Source: Amphiscolops sp. MND2022 (taxonomy: Eukaryota). From it: DNA of 64,000 nucleotides. Made by a program: the position numbers and the translations under genes. A model generated the notes under the pieces. The model made no database searches. It was not told the DNA's origin and was given only the letters and a program-made list of their open reading frames with translations. The DNA is taken from contig OZ076419.1 of the NCBI GenBank assembly GCA_964187785.1, positions 7,936,001 to 8,000,000 of the forward strand, given 5' to 3'. This document shows, piece by piece, positions 12,892-22,733 of this stretch (the stretch's first letter is position 1; each line of letters starts with the position of its first letter).

Positions 12892-12943
<52 letters not shown>
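12892..12943. repeat. (CTA)n microsatellite, at least 17 units, truncated by the gap
   Basis: Directly visible. It could be the 3' tail of the upstream LINE or the flank/target of the YR element. Confidence 0.95.
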
Positions 12944-15164
12944 ATCTAATTAATGGCGCTTTGCTGTTTGTGCTAGCTGGCGCTCTGCTGCTCCAGAACC
13001 AATACCTAAAGTAAAAATTGGGAAAAAAAGCCAAAACGATTGATTATACACTTCTACTGCTCTTTAAAATGTTTGGACTGCATTTGGTAAGGCATGGGCA
13101 GCGCAAAAAACGTTAAAAGTCAAAGTTCAAACGAAATCCGCATTTTCAAACGAAAAATGGCGCTCTGCAGAGAGCCCTGTCACAACTGGCTTTCTGCAAC
13201 CTGCAACTGGCGTTTCAACGAGTGCAAATGGCGTTTTACAAAGTGCAACTGGCGTATTCGAGAAATACGAAGAACATCAGTTGAATCATAAATAATGCAG
13301 TGAAATCAGCAAAAAATTTTGCGGAGGGTGACACAGATTCAAAGCAACTCAAACAAATCCTATGAAAGACGTAAGAACTGAAAGTTTGAGATATACTGAA
13401 TAATAAATTCAGATTTTGAAACTTCGTTTGTTTTGTTTCCAGCAAGCCTTGTTTTAGCAACCAAAATTTTTCAAGGAAGCTCACAGCACATTCAAAACTA
13501 GTTACAGTCTGGTTAAGGCACAAGATTGAGGTTCACAAGAAAAAGGTTCATTCGCTGATGGAGATGTTTCAGGAGAGTAGGTTGACCATTAGTAATTTCT
13601 TTCCAAGCAGAGCAATTGATGCAACGCAAGTTTTTACTGACACAATTGCTCTGCTTTGGAGAAAATGAGCACAAGAAGAAAAAGGCAGGGTCCGATTACA
13701 TTTGTAGTTTAGAAAAGTGAATGAAGTTTGTCCAAGACATACAAGCTATAACGGTTTCCGGGTCTAGCTTGAGTCATAACCAATTATCAAATAAAATCAA
13801 AAACTGTTAGAAAACATGGTCATCATGGAAAAAAGAGCGCCAATTAGATGCAAATATTTTTGATCTCACTTCATTTGAAGATTCAGTCAGTAGAACTACC
13901 TGACTTGGTCTCCTGTGAAAAAGAAAGAAAGAGCGCCAATTGGATTGCGAAAAACGACTTGTACCCAGAAGAATTGGTGTTTTGGTAAAAACAAAATTTA
14001 TTTACGCTGCTCTAAAAATAAACAGTTGATTCACTCAGTGGCCTTCACTCTAGAGTTTTCAAAGAAACAGTGTTTGCAAATTTATACAAAAGACGATAGA
14101 AGGGCAGGCTCTTTTTCCTTCCCCCCACACGCGGTGAACACCAAATTTTTACCTATTGAAATATGTTCTTTTGTAACTTTTAATTGATTTTAAACAATTA
14201 AAGCACTGTAATTTGCTGAGGCTGCAAATATTTGCGTAAATTGTAACCATTTTGGCATTATTTTCCAATATTTCTTTACTTTTTCTCTTGTGTGGGGGAA
14301 AAGGAAAAAGTTCCGAAGGGCATTTTGTGAAGCATAGCATTGAAGTGAACTCCCTTCATCTGGACATGTTGAAACATGCTGTCAACAAGACGGGAACCGT
14401 CCAAGTCCGCACCCCGCTCAAGGCGCAAACGTTTAACCGGGGCATGGCTCTAGTGTCTCGTGTTGAAATTCAAGAAAAACGCTATACTAGAATTTTTCTG
14501 TTTACGCCCAAATTCAAGCTCAAACAAATTGAGCACCTTGGACCTTTCACTCCCACCTTTACCCTCAAAGAAATGCCCAAATGGTCGCTGAAATTTTAAC
14601 TAATCCCGTGGAAAAAACATTGGTTTCGACAGCATGTTAGAGAATACCATGTTAGAGCCAATGAGATGCATTTATCATCAATTTCATTCAAAAGACTGGA
14701 ATTTTAATTTGACTAACACGTTGATTGACGACCAACACGTTGATTGAGGACAGATGATTCTACTAGATGATCGCTGTGGTGTATCGACTGTTTGGGCAGT
14801 CACAAAACTGATATTTCAAAACCGATTGGTGTTGAAGTCACCAGCAATGATAAATGCCCTCATTGGTAGTCATCCCTATCATACCAGGAATTGCGAAGCT
14901 CGAAATTAGTAGTACTAGTAGCACCTTGTTAGTGGAATAGACTTCACTGGATTTTTTTGCAAATTTCATCATCATCCACGGGGCCCATCATGAACAAAGG
15001 GCCCCGTCATCGCCAGAGGGCCCATCTTTAATCATTTCAAAACTTTGTCGTGTGGAGAAGCACGTGTTGCTGGAGGCGTTGTTGGAGGAATGTTGATGGA
15101 GACGCACGTGGGCCCTCATTGAGGGCCCTATAAACCTCGAAATTGGTTGACTAGTAGCACCTTA

Positions 15165-15940
15165 TTAGTGGAATAGACGTCACTGGAATTGACTTTTGTA
15201 AATTGCATCATCATCACTTCGTTGTGTGGAGGAGCACGTGTTGTTGGTGGAGTTGTTGGAGGAATTGAAGAAGAAATGTTGTTGAAGGAGCACGTGGGCC
15301 CTATAAACCTTGTAGTTTCTAGACCAGGAGCCCCTCATTAGTGGAATAGACGTCACTGGAATTGACTTTTGTAAATTGCATCATCATCACTTCGTTGTGT
15401 GGAGGAGCACGTGTTGTTGGTGGAGTTGTTGGAGGAATTGAAGAAGAAATGTTGTTGAAGGAGCACGTGGGCCCTATAAACCTTGTAGTTTCTAGACCAG
15501 GAGCCCCTCATTAGTGGAATAGACGTCACTGGAATTGACTTTTGTAAATTGCATCATCATCACTTCGTTGTGTGGAGGAGCACGTGTTGTTGGTGGAGTT
15601 GTTGGAGGAATTGAAGAAGAAATGTTGTTGAAGGAGCACGTGGGCCCTATAAACCTTGTAGTTTCTAGACCAGGAGCCCCTCATTAGTGGAATAGACGTC
15701 ACTGGAATTGACTTTTGTAAATTGCATCATCATCACTTCGTTGTGTGGAGGAGCACGTGTTGTTGGTGGAGTTGTTGGAGGAATTGAAGAAGAAATGTTG
15801 TTGAAGGAGCACGTGGGCCCTATAAACCTTGTAGTTTCTAGACCAGGAGCCCCTCATTAGTGGAATAGACGTCACTGGAATTGACTTTTGTAAATTGCAT
15901 CATCATCACTTCGTTGTGTGGAGGAGCACGTGTTGTTGGT
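15165..15940. repeat. 173-bp tandem array, ~4.5 near-identical units, with degenerate flanking copies (~14900-15160, ~15940-16200)
   Basis: TTAGTGGAATAGACGTC starts at 15165, 15338, 15511, 15684 and 15857. The period is not a multiple of 3, so the array is likely non-coding. Confidence 0.95.
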
Positions 15941-17013
15941 GTTGTTGGAGGAGTTGAAGAAATGTTGTTGGAGGAGCACGTGTTGTTTGAGAACTTGAAA
16001 ATATGTTGTTGGAGCAGCACGAGGGGGCCCTCTTTGAGGGCACTGTAAATCATCGTCTGGAAGTTGAAGATCGTTTGGAGCTGCGATACATGTGGTTAGG
16101 TCCACAATCCATTATTGTGGAGCAGCACGAGGGGGCCCTCTTTTAGGGCCCTATAAATAGTCGTCTGGAAGTTGAAGATCGTTTGGAGCTGCGAAAATAA
16201 ATGGAGCCTTCTCTCCTCATAATCATCATCAGTAAAATCTGAAACACATTCTTTTCAAGTAAAATTCAAATCATTTTATAAGAGCTCCACTCAAAATCTA
16301 ATGGCCCTTTTTTGGTCTACTCAGAATCTAACCGATGCGTTTTGCAATTGGTACTCTGAATAAAAAACAAAGCGAGATGAGTTTACGTTTTCGAGTAAAA
16401 AAAAACAAAAAAGCGTGAGTTGATCCAAAAATGTTGAAAAGCAATGTCTGCAAAAACATCAATCAATTTTGACCTTGCGAAAATGTAACATCCCAATGAT
16501 CGTTATCAATATGAATCTACAAAATGAAGTTAGATTTTGCAATATGAACTACCTCTAGTACTCGCTCGTGAAAAAAGGAAATGTGTTCCGAGAATTTTTT
16601 TGACAGTGGAACCAACCCCAAGATCGTTTTCCATCTTTTTATACTCTGGGGAGTTTTCAGGTGTTTGTATTTTTTGTTTTTTTTTGCATCTTTTTTTCAT
16701 TCCAGCCTGAAGTTTCAGGCGTACAACAACAATTCAACAACAGTTCAACAACAATTCAGCAACAATTCATCAGAAACCCAACAAAAATTCATGAACAATT
16801 CATTAGAAACAATGCAGTAATAAAAGTTCAAACAGCAAGGTAACAATGGAAATGGTAACAAGGTTAACATGATAACAAGTGATTAAAAAAGCTCAAACAG
16901 CAAGGTAACACAGTAAATAGTTACATTAACACGAAAAGTTCCTTGCAGCAAAGAAGTATGGGCTATTAGTAAAAATATTGAAAAGTGCAGGAAATTGGAT
17001 CAAACATATCAAT

Positions 17014-20000
17014 CTACTTGTTTGCTGAAGGAAGGTGTTGATTGCACGCCCATTTAAGTTTTGCATAAACTATGCTTTTAGAGGCTTCAGAAAGTTTGAT
17101 TCCAGCTTCTTCTATTTTGCGCAAAGCATCTTCTTTGTGTATTCTGTAATGAAGGCCACTGAATAATTCCATTGCTTTCGCTTCTTCTTTCGAAGGCATT
17201 CGCTTCCGCCAAATGGTCAAAGTTTTTATGAAAGCTTCTCGATTGACTTGACCTTTAGAAGTTGGGTTCTTTTTTCTGGCCTTCTTAGCTGGAACTGGCA
17301 TTTCTTCATCTGAGTCCTCTTCACTAAAGGAAAGACTGTTCTCATCCGAAGAAACCACTTCCTTAGGAGCAGACACTTTCGGCTTCTTAGTCTTCTCTTT
17401 GCTCTTCTTTTCAACAGCTGGAATGGGAGTAGAACTTATTTCTGGTGTAACAATGTAACTTCGTCGTTTTTGGACGGGAGTGGTGACTTCAGCGTCATGA
17501 CTCGGCGTTGATGACGTTGATTGCTTTTGGACATCGGGAGCAACCCATTTCACTGTCTTCTGTCGTTTCTGAACAGAAGTGCCAGAATGAAGATTGATAT
17601 CTGAAGAATCACTGTAAGAGGAAAGTTTGGATCCTGAAGGAGTACTGCTGTTCAATTTTTGAACGGCACGTTTTATCGTGTCATGATAGAAGTCGCTAAC
17701 TTCAGAGCTGTGCTTCACATAATGCGCTTCGGCTGTCTGTTTCCTATGAGCACTCTGTGTCTCGTGGAATGCTAGCTCTTCTTGACTCAATTTATGTTTA
17801 TTATAAAACACATAAGTCTCCCAGGTTTTACGGATCGAATTCCCATTAAAATTCTTCTCAAGAATTTCGTTGTCAAAGTGCTGAGCCATCACTTTCCTGA
17901 TGATGTTGGCCAGGGAATGATCTTTCTTATCCTTCTGGGTGCCAAAAACTCTGTCACCGACGTAACCGTGCTTCTTTTTGAACTCTTCCTTCAGTCTTTT
18001 TAACCAAGGAAATTGGTCTTTGTGAATTTTCAGTTTAATATCGTAGTAGTGACCGGTTTTGTGGTTGTCACAATCAAATTGACCCTCTTTCTTAATCTTT
18101 TTCACAAGAGACCATGTCAAGTCGTTAATTGGACCAGGACGACCGTTTAGATTCGAGCATAAAATGATGAAATTGAAACACTTGAGTTCATCCAAGCTAA
18201 GAAACTTCTTTGAAACATCTTCATTGCACAATTCTGTTATTTTGGAGTACACTGTAGCTAGATGAGTCATGTCAGGAACTTTTTCGAATAACTTCTGGCG
18301 CGTTCGTCGTTTTTCTTTCAACGAACCCTTCTGGTAACGTGCTTTAACGTCTCTAGATATGACGAGCCAGTCGACTTCGGCAAGTCCAGGAAACTGGGAT
18401 GGTTTATACGCCTTGGCATACTTGATCAACTTTTCCAAACTACAAATGTAATTGACCACAGTAATTCGAGTAAGATGTTTTTCTTCGAAATATTCTCTCA
18501 CAAAGACAGCGAAAGCTAATGTGTCTGTGAAACCAGCAGTTGCCTGAATTGCTTTACACAAAAAAGCTTTTTGAGTTGAGGGTATGTCCCATTGTCCTGA
18601 AACATCTCCATCAGAGAACAATCCTTTTTGATGAGTAATCCACGCCTCAACAAACTGACAATTTGGTAAGTGCAGGCCACTTTGAAAATTCTTAATTGCG
18701 AGAACAATGCTATGAGGAAACAAACTCATGTCCTCGCGGTCTCCAATTCTTTCCACATTATGTTCTTTTGGGTGCCTGTGTTTGTCACCCATCCTTACAT
18801 TGCACACATTGCACTGAAAGCACCTATCAGTTTTGATAGTGCTGTAGTAAGATAAAAGAAATTTACGGATAGGGTCAGTCTGCGGGAGTTTATGTAGATT
18901 AGTGAGATGATCCCTCATTTTATGTACTTCCTTTGCACACAGAAGACACTTTTCAACTGAAGGGCGTTTGCTCCGGTAGCTTTTTAAGGGACGCAGTTTC
19001 GGTTCTTCAGTCTCACTCTCTGTGTCACTATCACTATCACTTGAGTCGGTGTCACTCGTATCATCCTTTTCATCATTTTGCGGATGCGGATGGGAAGTTC
19101 CTTGCATGTTCCATTCAATGCTTGCATTTGGATCCAAACCCATGTGTGTCTCGGTGGCTAATTCTTGAGAAACAACTTCTTCTTGAGCTCCAACTTCCAA
19201 ACTCTGAATACTCCCAACTGGGTTTACAAGTTCATTCTCGACAGTAGCAGTCTCCAAACGTTCGCCAACTTCCAAACAACGACTTTCAACTTCCAAATCA
19301 CACGTAGCAGTTTCGATAAGTCCTCCAACAGTAGTAGTTTCCAAACGATCTCCAACATTCAAACAAGGATTTACGAGTAAATTCGCAACAGTAGAAGTCT
19401 CCAAACGTTCGCCAACTTCCAAACAACGACTTTCAACTTCCAAATCACACGTAGCAGTTTCGATAAGTCCTCCAACAGTAGTAGTTTCCAAACGATCTCC
19501 AACTTTCAAACAAGGATTTACGAGTAAATTCGCAACAGTAGCAGTCTCCAAACGTTCGCCAACTTCCAAACAACGACTTTCAACTTCCAAATCACACGTA
19601 GCAGTTTCGATAAGTCCTCCAACAGTAGTAGTTTCCAAACGATCTCCAACTTCCAGACAAGGTTTCACACGTTCCTTCTCGACAGTAGCAGTCTTCAAAC
19701 GTTCTCCAACTTCCAGACAAGGTTTCACACGTTCCTTCTCGACAGTAGTCTTCAAACGTTCTCCAACTTCCAGACAAGGTTTCACACGTTCCTTCTCGAC
19801 AGTAGTAGTCTTCAAACGTTCTCCAACTTCCAGACAAGGTTTCACACGTTCCTTCTCGACAGTAGTAGTCTTCAAACGTTCTCCAACTTCCAGACAAGGT
19901 TTCACACGTTCCTTCTCGACAGTAGTCTTCAAACGTTCTCCAACTTCCAGACAAGGTTTCACACGTTCCTTCTCGACAGTAGCAGTCTTCAAACGTTCTC

Positions 20001-21111
20001 CAACTTCCAGACAAGGTTTCACACGTTCCTTCTCGACAGTAGTCTTCAAACGTTCTCCAACTTCCAGACAAGGTTTCACACGTTCCTTCTCGACAGCAGT
20101 AGTCTTCAAACGTTCTCCAACTTCCAGACAAGGTTTCACACGTTCCTTCTCGACAGTAGTCTTCAAACGTTCTCCAACTTCCAGACAAGGTTTCACACGT
20201 TCCTTCTCGACAGTAGTAGTCTTCAAACGTTCTCCAACTTCCAAACAACAATCTTCAACTTCCAACCTTCCAGTATCAGTTTGCAAACAATCGCTAACAT
20301 TAGAAAGTTCTTCAAGTTCACCTTGCGTATTATTTCCTTCCAGAAACGAATTCAACTGAAGGGCAAGTTGTGTGTTATCGCTGTTTACGAATGACTGGAA
20401 CGCACCTTCCAATTCGCTCATCTCCGGCCCAGTGGAATCTCGACTCACCTCAAGAGCAGCCAACTTCGAAGTTGAATCACCTTGTAATCTTCCGCCCACA
20501 ACTTTAACTCCCTCCCCTAACTCTCTGTTGGGCGCCACAACTTCCAAACAACGACTTCCCTCTGTTTCATCATTAGTGACAGACTTCCCAACTTCTTTTT
20601 GGGGGGCTTCACTGACTTTCCTCTTGGTGGTCTTTCTCTGCTTAGGAACTTGCACAGCAAGTCCCGCTTTCTTCGTCCAGAATGACGTTTGCCTCCAAGG
20701 TGCAACTTTTGTTCCATAGCTGTATCTTAATTCCGTGCCCTCCGAGATGGAGGTGGTCGTAAAGAAGGCAATAGTCCATTTACCATCATTGCTATAAATC
20801 TTGCGAGCTTCACAATTCCTGGTATGGTATGGATCAACGTCATTGATAAACCTGGCTAAACATGTTTGATCTTCTGAGGAATCAACAACTAAATTTTCTG
20901 GCGGTCCTGTCTCAAATGCATAGGGGTTGTCAGAAGCAACAATCTTTACTGTCCCTCTGTAATTTAAAAGAAACTCCCCCTTGTGGAATTCTCGCTTCAC
21001 AAAGAGTCCTCTACCGGCATGAGGAACATCGCGAACTTCGAATAAATCTGGATCTTTATCGACGAAACTAAAAGGGTCCACTTCAAAACCTTTGACTCTT
21101 CGCGGTCGCAT
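17014..21111 (-). CDS. 1365-aa SET domain + peptide repeat + two C2H2-like zinc fingers + tyrosine recombinase fusion protein
   Basis: SET motifs: GRGLF, LNYRG, ARFIND, ELRYSYG (~21045-20716). Fingers: CLLC..H..H (~18948-18892) and CNVC..H..H (~18820-18760). YR residues (ORF-track numbering): R998 (NGRP), K1025 (HKT), N1098xxR1101, H1129, Y1138 (H-x8-Y). First ATG at 21111, preceded by a TTTTTTCAG acceptor. No stops or frameshifts. Confidence 0.85.
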   Translation of the reverse strand: MRPRRVKGFEVDPFSFVDKDPDLFEVRDVPHAGRGLFVKREFHKGEFLLNYRGTVKIVASDNPYAFETGPPENLVVDSSEDQTCLARFINDVDPYHTRNCEARKIYSNDGKWTIAFFTTTSISEGTELRYSYGTKVAPWRQTSFWTKKAGLAVQVPKQRKTTKRKVSEAPQKEVGKSVTNDETEGSRCLEVVAPNRELGEGVKVVGGRLQGDSTSKLAALEVSRDSTGPEMSELEGAFQSFVNSDNTQLALQLNSFLEGNNTQGELEELSNVSDCLQTDTGRLEVEDCCLEVGERLKTTTVEKERVKPCLEVGERLKTTVEKERVKPCLEVGERLKTTAVEKERVKPCLEVGERLKTTVEKERVKPCLEVGERLKTATVEKERVKPCLEVGERLKTTVEKERVKPCLEVGERLKTTTVEKERVKPCLEVGERLKTTTVEKERVKPCLEVGERLKTTVEKERVKPCLEVGERLKTATVEKERVKPCLEVGDRLETTTVGGLIETATCDLEVESRCLEVGERLETATVANLLVNPCLKVGDRLETTTVGGLIETATCDLEVESRCLEVGERLETSTVANLLVNPCLNVGDRLETTTVGGLIETATCDLEVESRCLEVGERLETATVENELVNPVGSIQSLEVGAQEEVVSQELATETHMGLDPNASIEWNMQGTSHPHPQNDEKDDTSDTDSSDSDSDTESETEEPKLRPLKSYRSKRPSVEKCLLCAKEVHKMRDHLTNLHKLPQTDPIRKFLLSYYSTIKTDRCFQCNVCNVRMGDKHRHPKEHNVERIGDREDMSLFPHSIVLAIKNFQSGLHLPNCQFVEAWITHQKGLFSDGDVSGQWDIPSTQKAFLCKAIQATAGFTDTLAFAVFVREYFEEKHLTRITVVNYICSLEKLIKYAKAYKPSQFPGLAEVDWLVISRDVKARYQKGSLKEKRRTRQKLFEKVPDMTHLATVYSKITELCNEDVSKKFLSLDELKCFNFIILCSNLNGRPGPINDLTWSLVKKIKKEGQFDCDNHKTGHYYDIKLKIHKDQFPWLKRLKEEFKKKHGYVGDRVFGTQKDKKDHSLANIIRKVMAQHFDNEILEKNFNGNSIRKTWETYVFYNKHKLSQEELAFHETQSAHRKQTAEAHYVKHSSEVSDFYHDTIKRAVQKLNSSTPSGSKLSSYSDSSDINLHSGTSVQKRQKTVKWVAPDVQKQSTSSTPSHDAEVTTPVQKRRSYIVTPEISSTPIPAVEKKSKEKTKKPKVSAPKEVVSSDENSLSFSEEDSDEEMPVPAKKARKKNPTSKGQVNREAFIKTLTIWRKRMPSKEEAKAMELFSGLHYRIHKEDALRKIEEAGIKLSEASKSIVYAKLKWACNQHLPSANK
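19190..20250 (-). repeat. Coding tandem repeat: ten 57/60-bp units (CLEVGERLKT(T)TVEKERVKP) followed by three 147-bp units
   Basis: Read from the translation and the DNA. All length variants are multiples of 3. Confidence 0.95.
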
Positions 21112-22274
21112 ATTCACTCTGAAAAAATGCAAAACTTGTTCAGTGTATCCATCAAAACTTGAACACTTTCACTACGTCTCTCGATCAATATTGAACTCCA
21201 GTTAATGTTTCCAACAGTCACTGGAAGTTCACCGTGTTTTCTTTGAGTCTCTGACACTTGTCTCCGCTTCTTCTGTTCCAAAAGGAAATCTGCAAGGCTC
21301 GCATTTCCCTAGTTTTCATCACGAGTTGAGACATACGATGAGTGCGTCTCTAACGTTCGTTTTGGTGAAAAACTCAAATCCGATTACGCTCATGTTAAAA
21401 AACGTGCTTATGATAGCAGCAAAACCGTCTAATCAAATGGCATCCAAACTTCTGAGGATCGAGCTCACCTAAAATTTAAACGTAATAACTTCAGGACTGA
21501 ATTCTTTTTCCCTATAGAAAAACACATCTCATAATTGATCGAAAAGCTTCTTTGCCACACATTGCTTTTTCCCTCTCACAAAACTATGATAACTTCAAAA
21601 GATTAAGAGGTGTCATTAGTAACTTCATGGATGGCTTTGAGTTTGATAATGATATAATGTTCAGATTTTATAATGATATAATAAGAATAAATACGAATAC
21701 TATTTTTATCAATGAGTATATAAATTTTCCAGGTGAATATTTGCCATTGATAGGGAATATGAAAACATCCGTTCCATAATCCTCGAGAAAGGTTCCGAGA
21801 AAAAGGTGATTCTTTTTTCAATTTTCAATGGAGAGGGTTTTGCGTTTTTGGATATGAGAAAAATCAATGTGTGGCTTTCAACGTGGGTTTTGTGAACGTT
21901 ATTTCTTCTGATCCGAGTGGTTAAAGGACAAAATAAAACTTTTCCGTTTTACAAAGTCCACAGAAAACCGCTGAAAAACAATGGTCGACCCAATTAAACA
22001 GAATACTGATCGAAAATGATTTCGCAACTGGCGCAGATTAGAAGGTCAATTGCAACTGGCGGTATGCTATGAGAATTCGCCAGTTTACAGAAAAATCTGG
22101 AAAATCATCATTTTCGGTGAAATTCAATTCGAAATTTTGTTTAAACGTGTTTTGCAGTTAATTTAAGCTGAATGAAACCATTTAGTCATGCTAAGTTGAC
22201 ATGTTGGCGATTTGCCCCCCTTAATTTTCAAAAGTGCTGGCGATTCGCTAATCTGGCGCTATGCTAGGAGGCAA

Positions 22275-22440
22275 NNNNNNNNNNNNNNNNNNNNNNNNNN
22301 NNNNNNNNNNNNNNNNNNNNNNNNNNNNNNNNNNNNNNNNNNNNNNNNNNNNNNNNNNNNNNNNNNNNNNNNNNNNNNNNNNNNNNNNNNNNNNNNNNNN
22401 NNNNNNNNNNNNNNNNNNNNNNNNNNNNNNNNNNNNNNNN
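22275..22440. other. Assembly gap (166 N)
   Basis: Run of N. Confidence 0.99.
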
Positions 22441-22505
22441 GTCGCCTTTTCAAAATGGGATGAATTGTTGTTTTTTTGGAACTTGGGACGAATTGTCGTC
22501 CAACC

Positions 22506-22733
22506 TGTGACATACACAGACCTTCAACCGACCTTCAACCGTATCAATACGGATAGCAGACTGAGAAATACTTGGTGCTATTGACTAACAACTCTAATTG
22601 CTGTCTATTTATGTTACTTAGATATACTACCATTTAGTATGATTTGATATATTCGTTGAGATTGAGATAGAAGAAGATAGTTGATTCTTATAGACAACAG
22701 CGTTTTACAACCAAGTATTTGGAGAATACCACA
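22506..22733 (+). repeat. Gypsy 5' LTR
   Basis: TG...CA ends; matches 27841-28057. Confidence 0.9.

Larger units (their letters stand above)
12944..22274 (-). mobile_element. Putative tyrosine-recombinase (Crypton-like) DNA element encoding a SET-ZnF-YR protein
   Basis: Single large YR ORF with no RT, DDE domain or TIRs. TGGCG-core motif clusters at both ends. Bounded by a microsatellite/gap on the left and a gap on the right, so the true ends are not seen. Confidence 0.55.

Noticed and set aside
12892-12943. Telomeric repeat
   Set aside because: It is a trinucleotide run, internal to the scaffold, and not a G-rich telomere-type unit.
12611-13034. Poly-Tyr and poly-Ser ORFs
   Set aside because: Artefacts of the N-gap plus the (CTA)n run. 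The X-rich ORFs at 22212-22584 and 53324-53832 are likewise gap artefacts.
15165-15940. 173-bp array as CRISPR or as a coding exon (ORFs 15838-16053, 15872-16105)
   Set aside because: There are no variable spacers, and the period is not divisible by 3, with stops in successive units.
19190-20250. CRISPR-like regular periodicity
   Set aside because: The units are contiguous with no unique spacers, and they form an in-frame coding repeat in a eukaryotic ORF.
19592-20251. 219-aa overlapping ORF (EDYCREGTCETLSGSWRTF repeats) as a second gene
   Set aside because: It is an alternative frame that stays open only because the repeat unit lacks a stop, and it is confined to the repeat.
21113-21300. 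Upstream ORF (DFLLEQKKRRQ…) ending 2 nt before the YR ATG
   Set aside because: It has no start codon, is short, and overlaps the predicted acceptor, so it cannot be supported.
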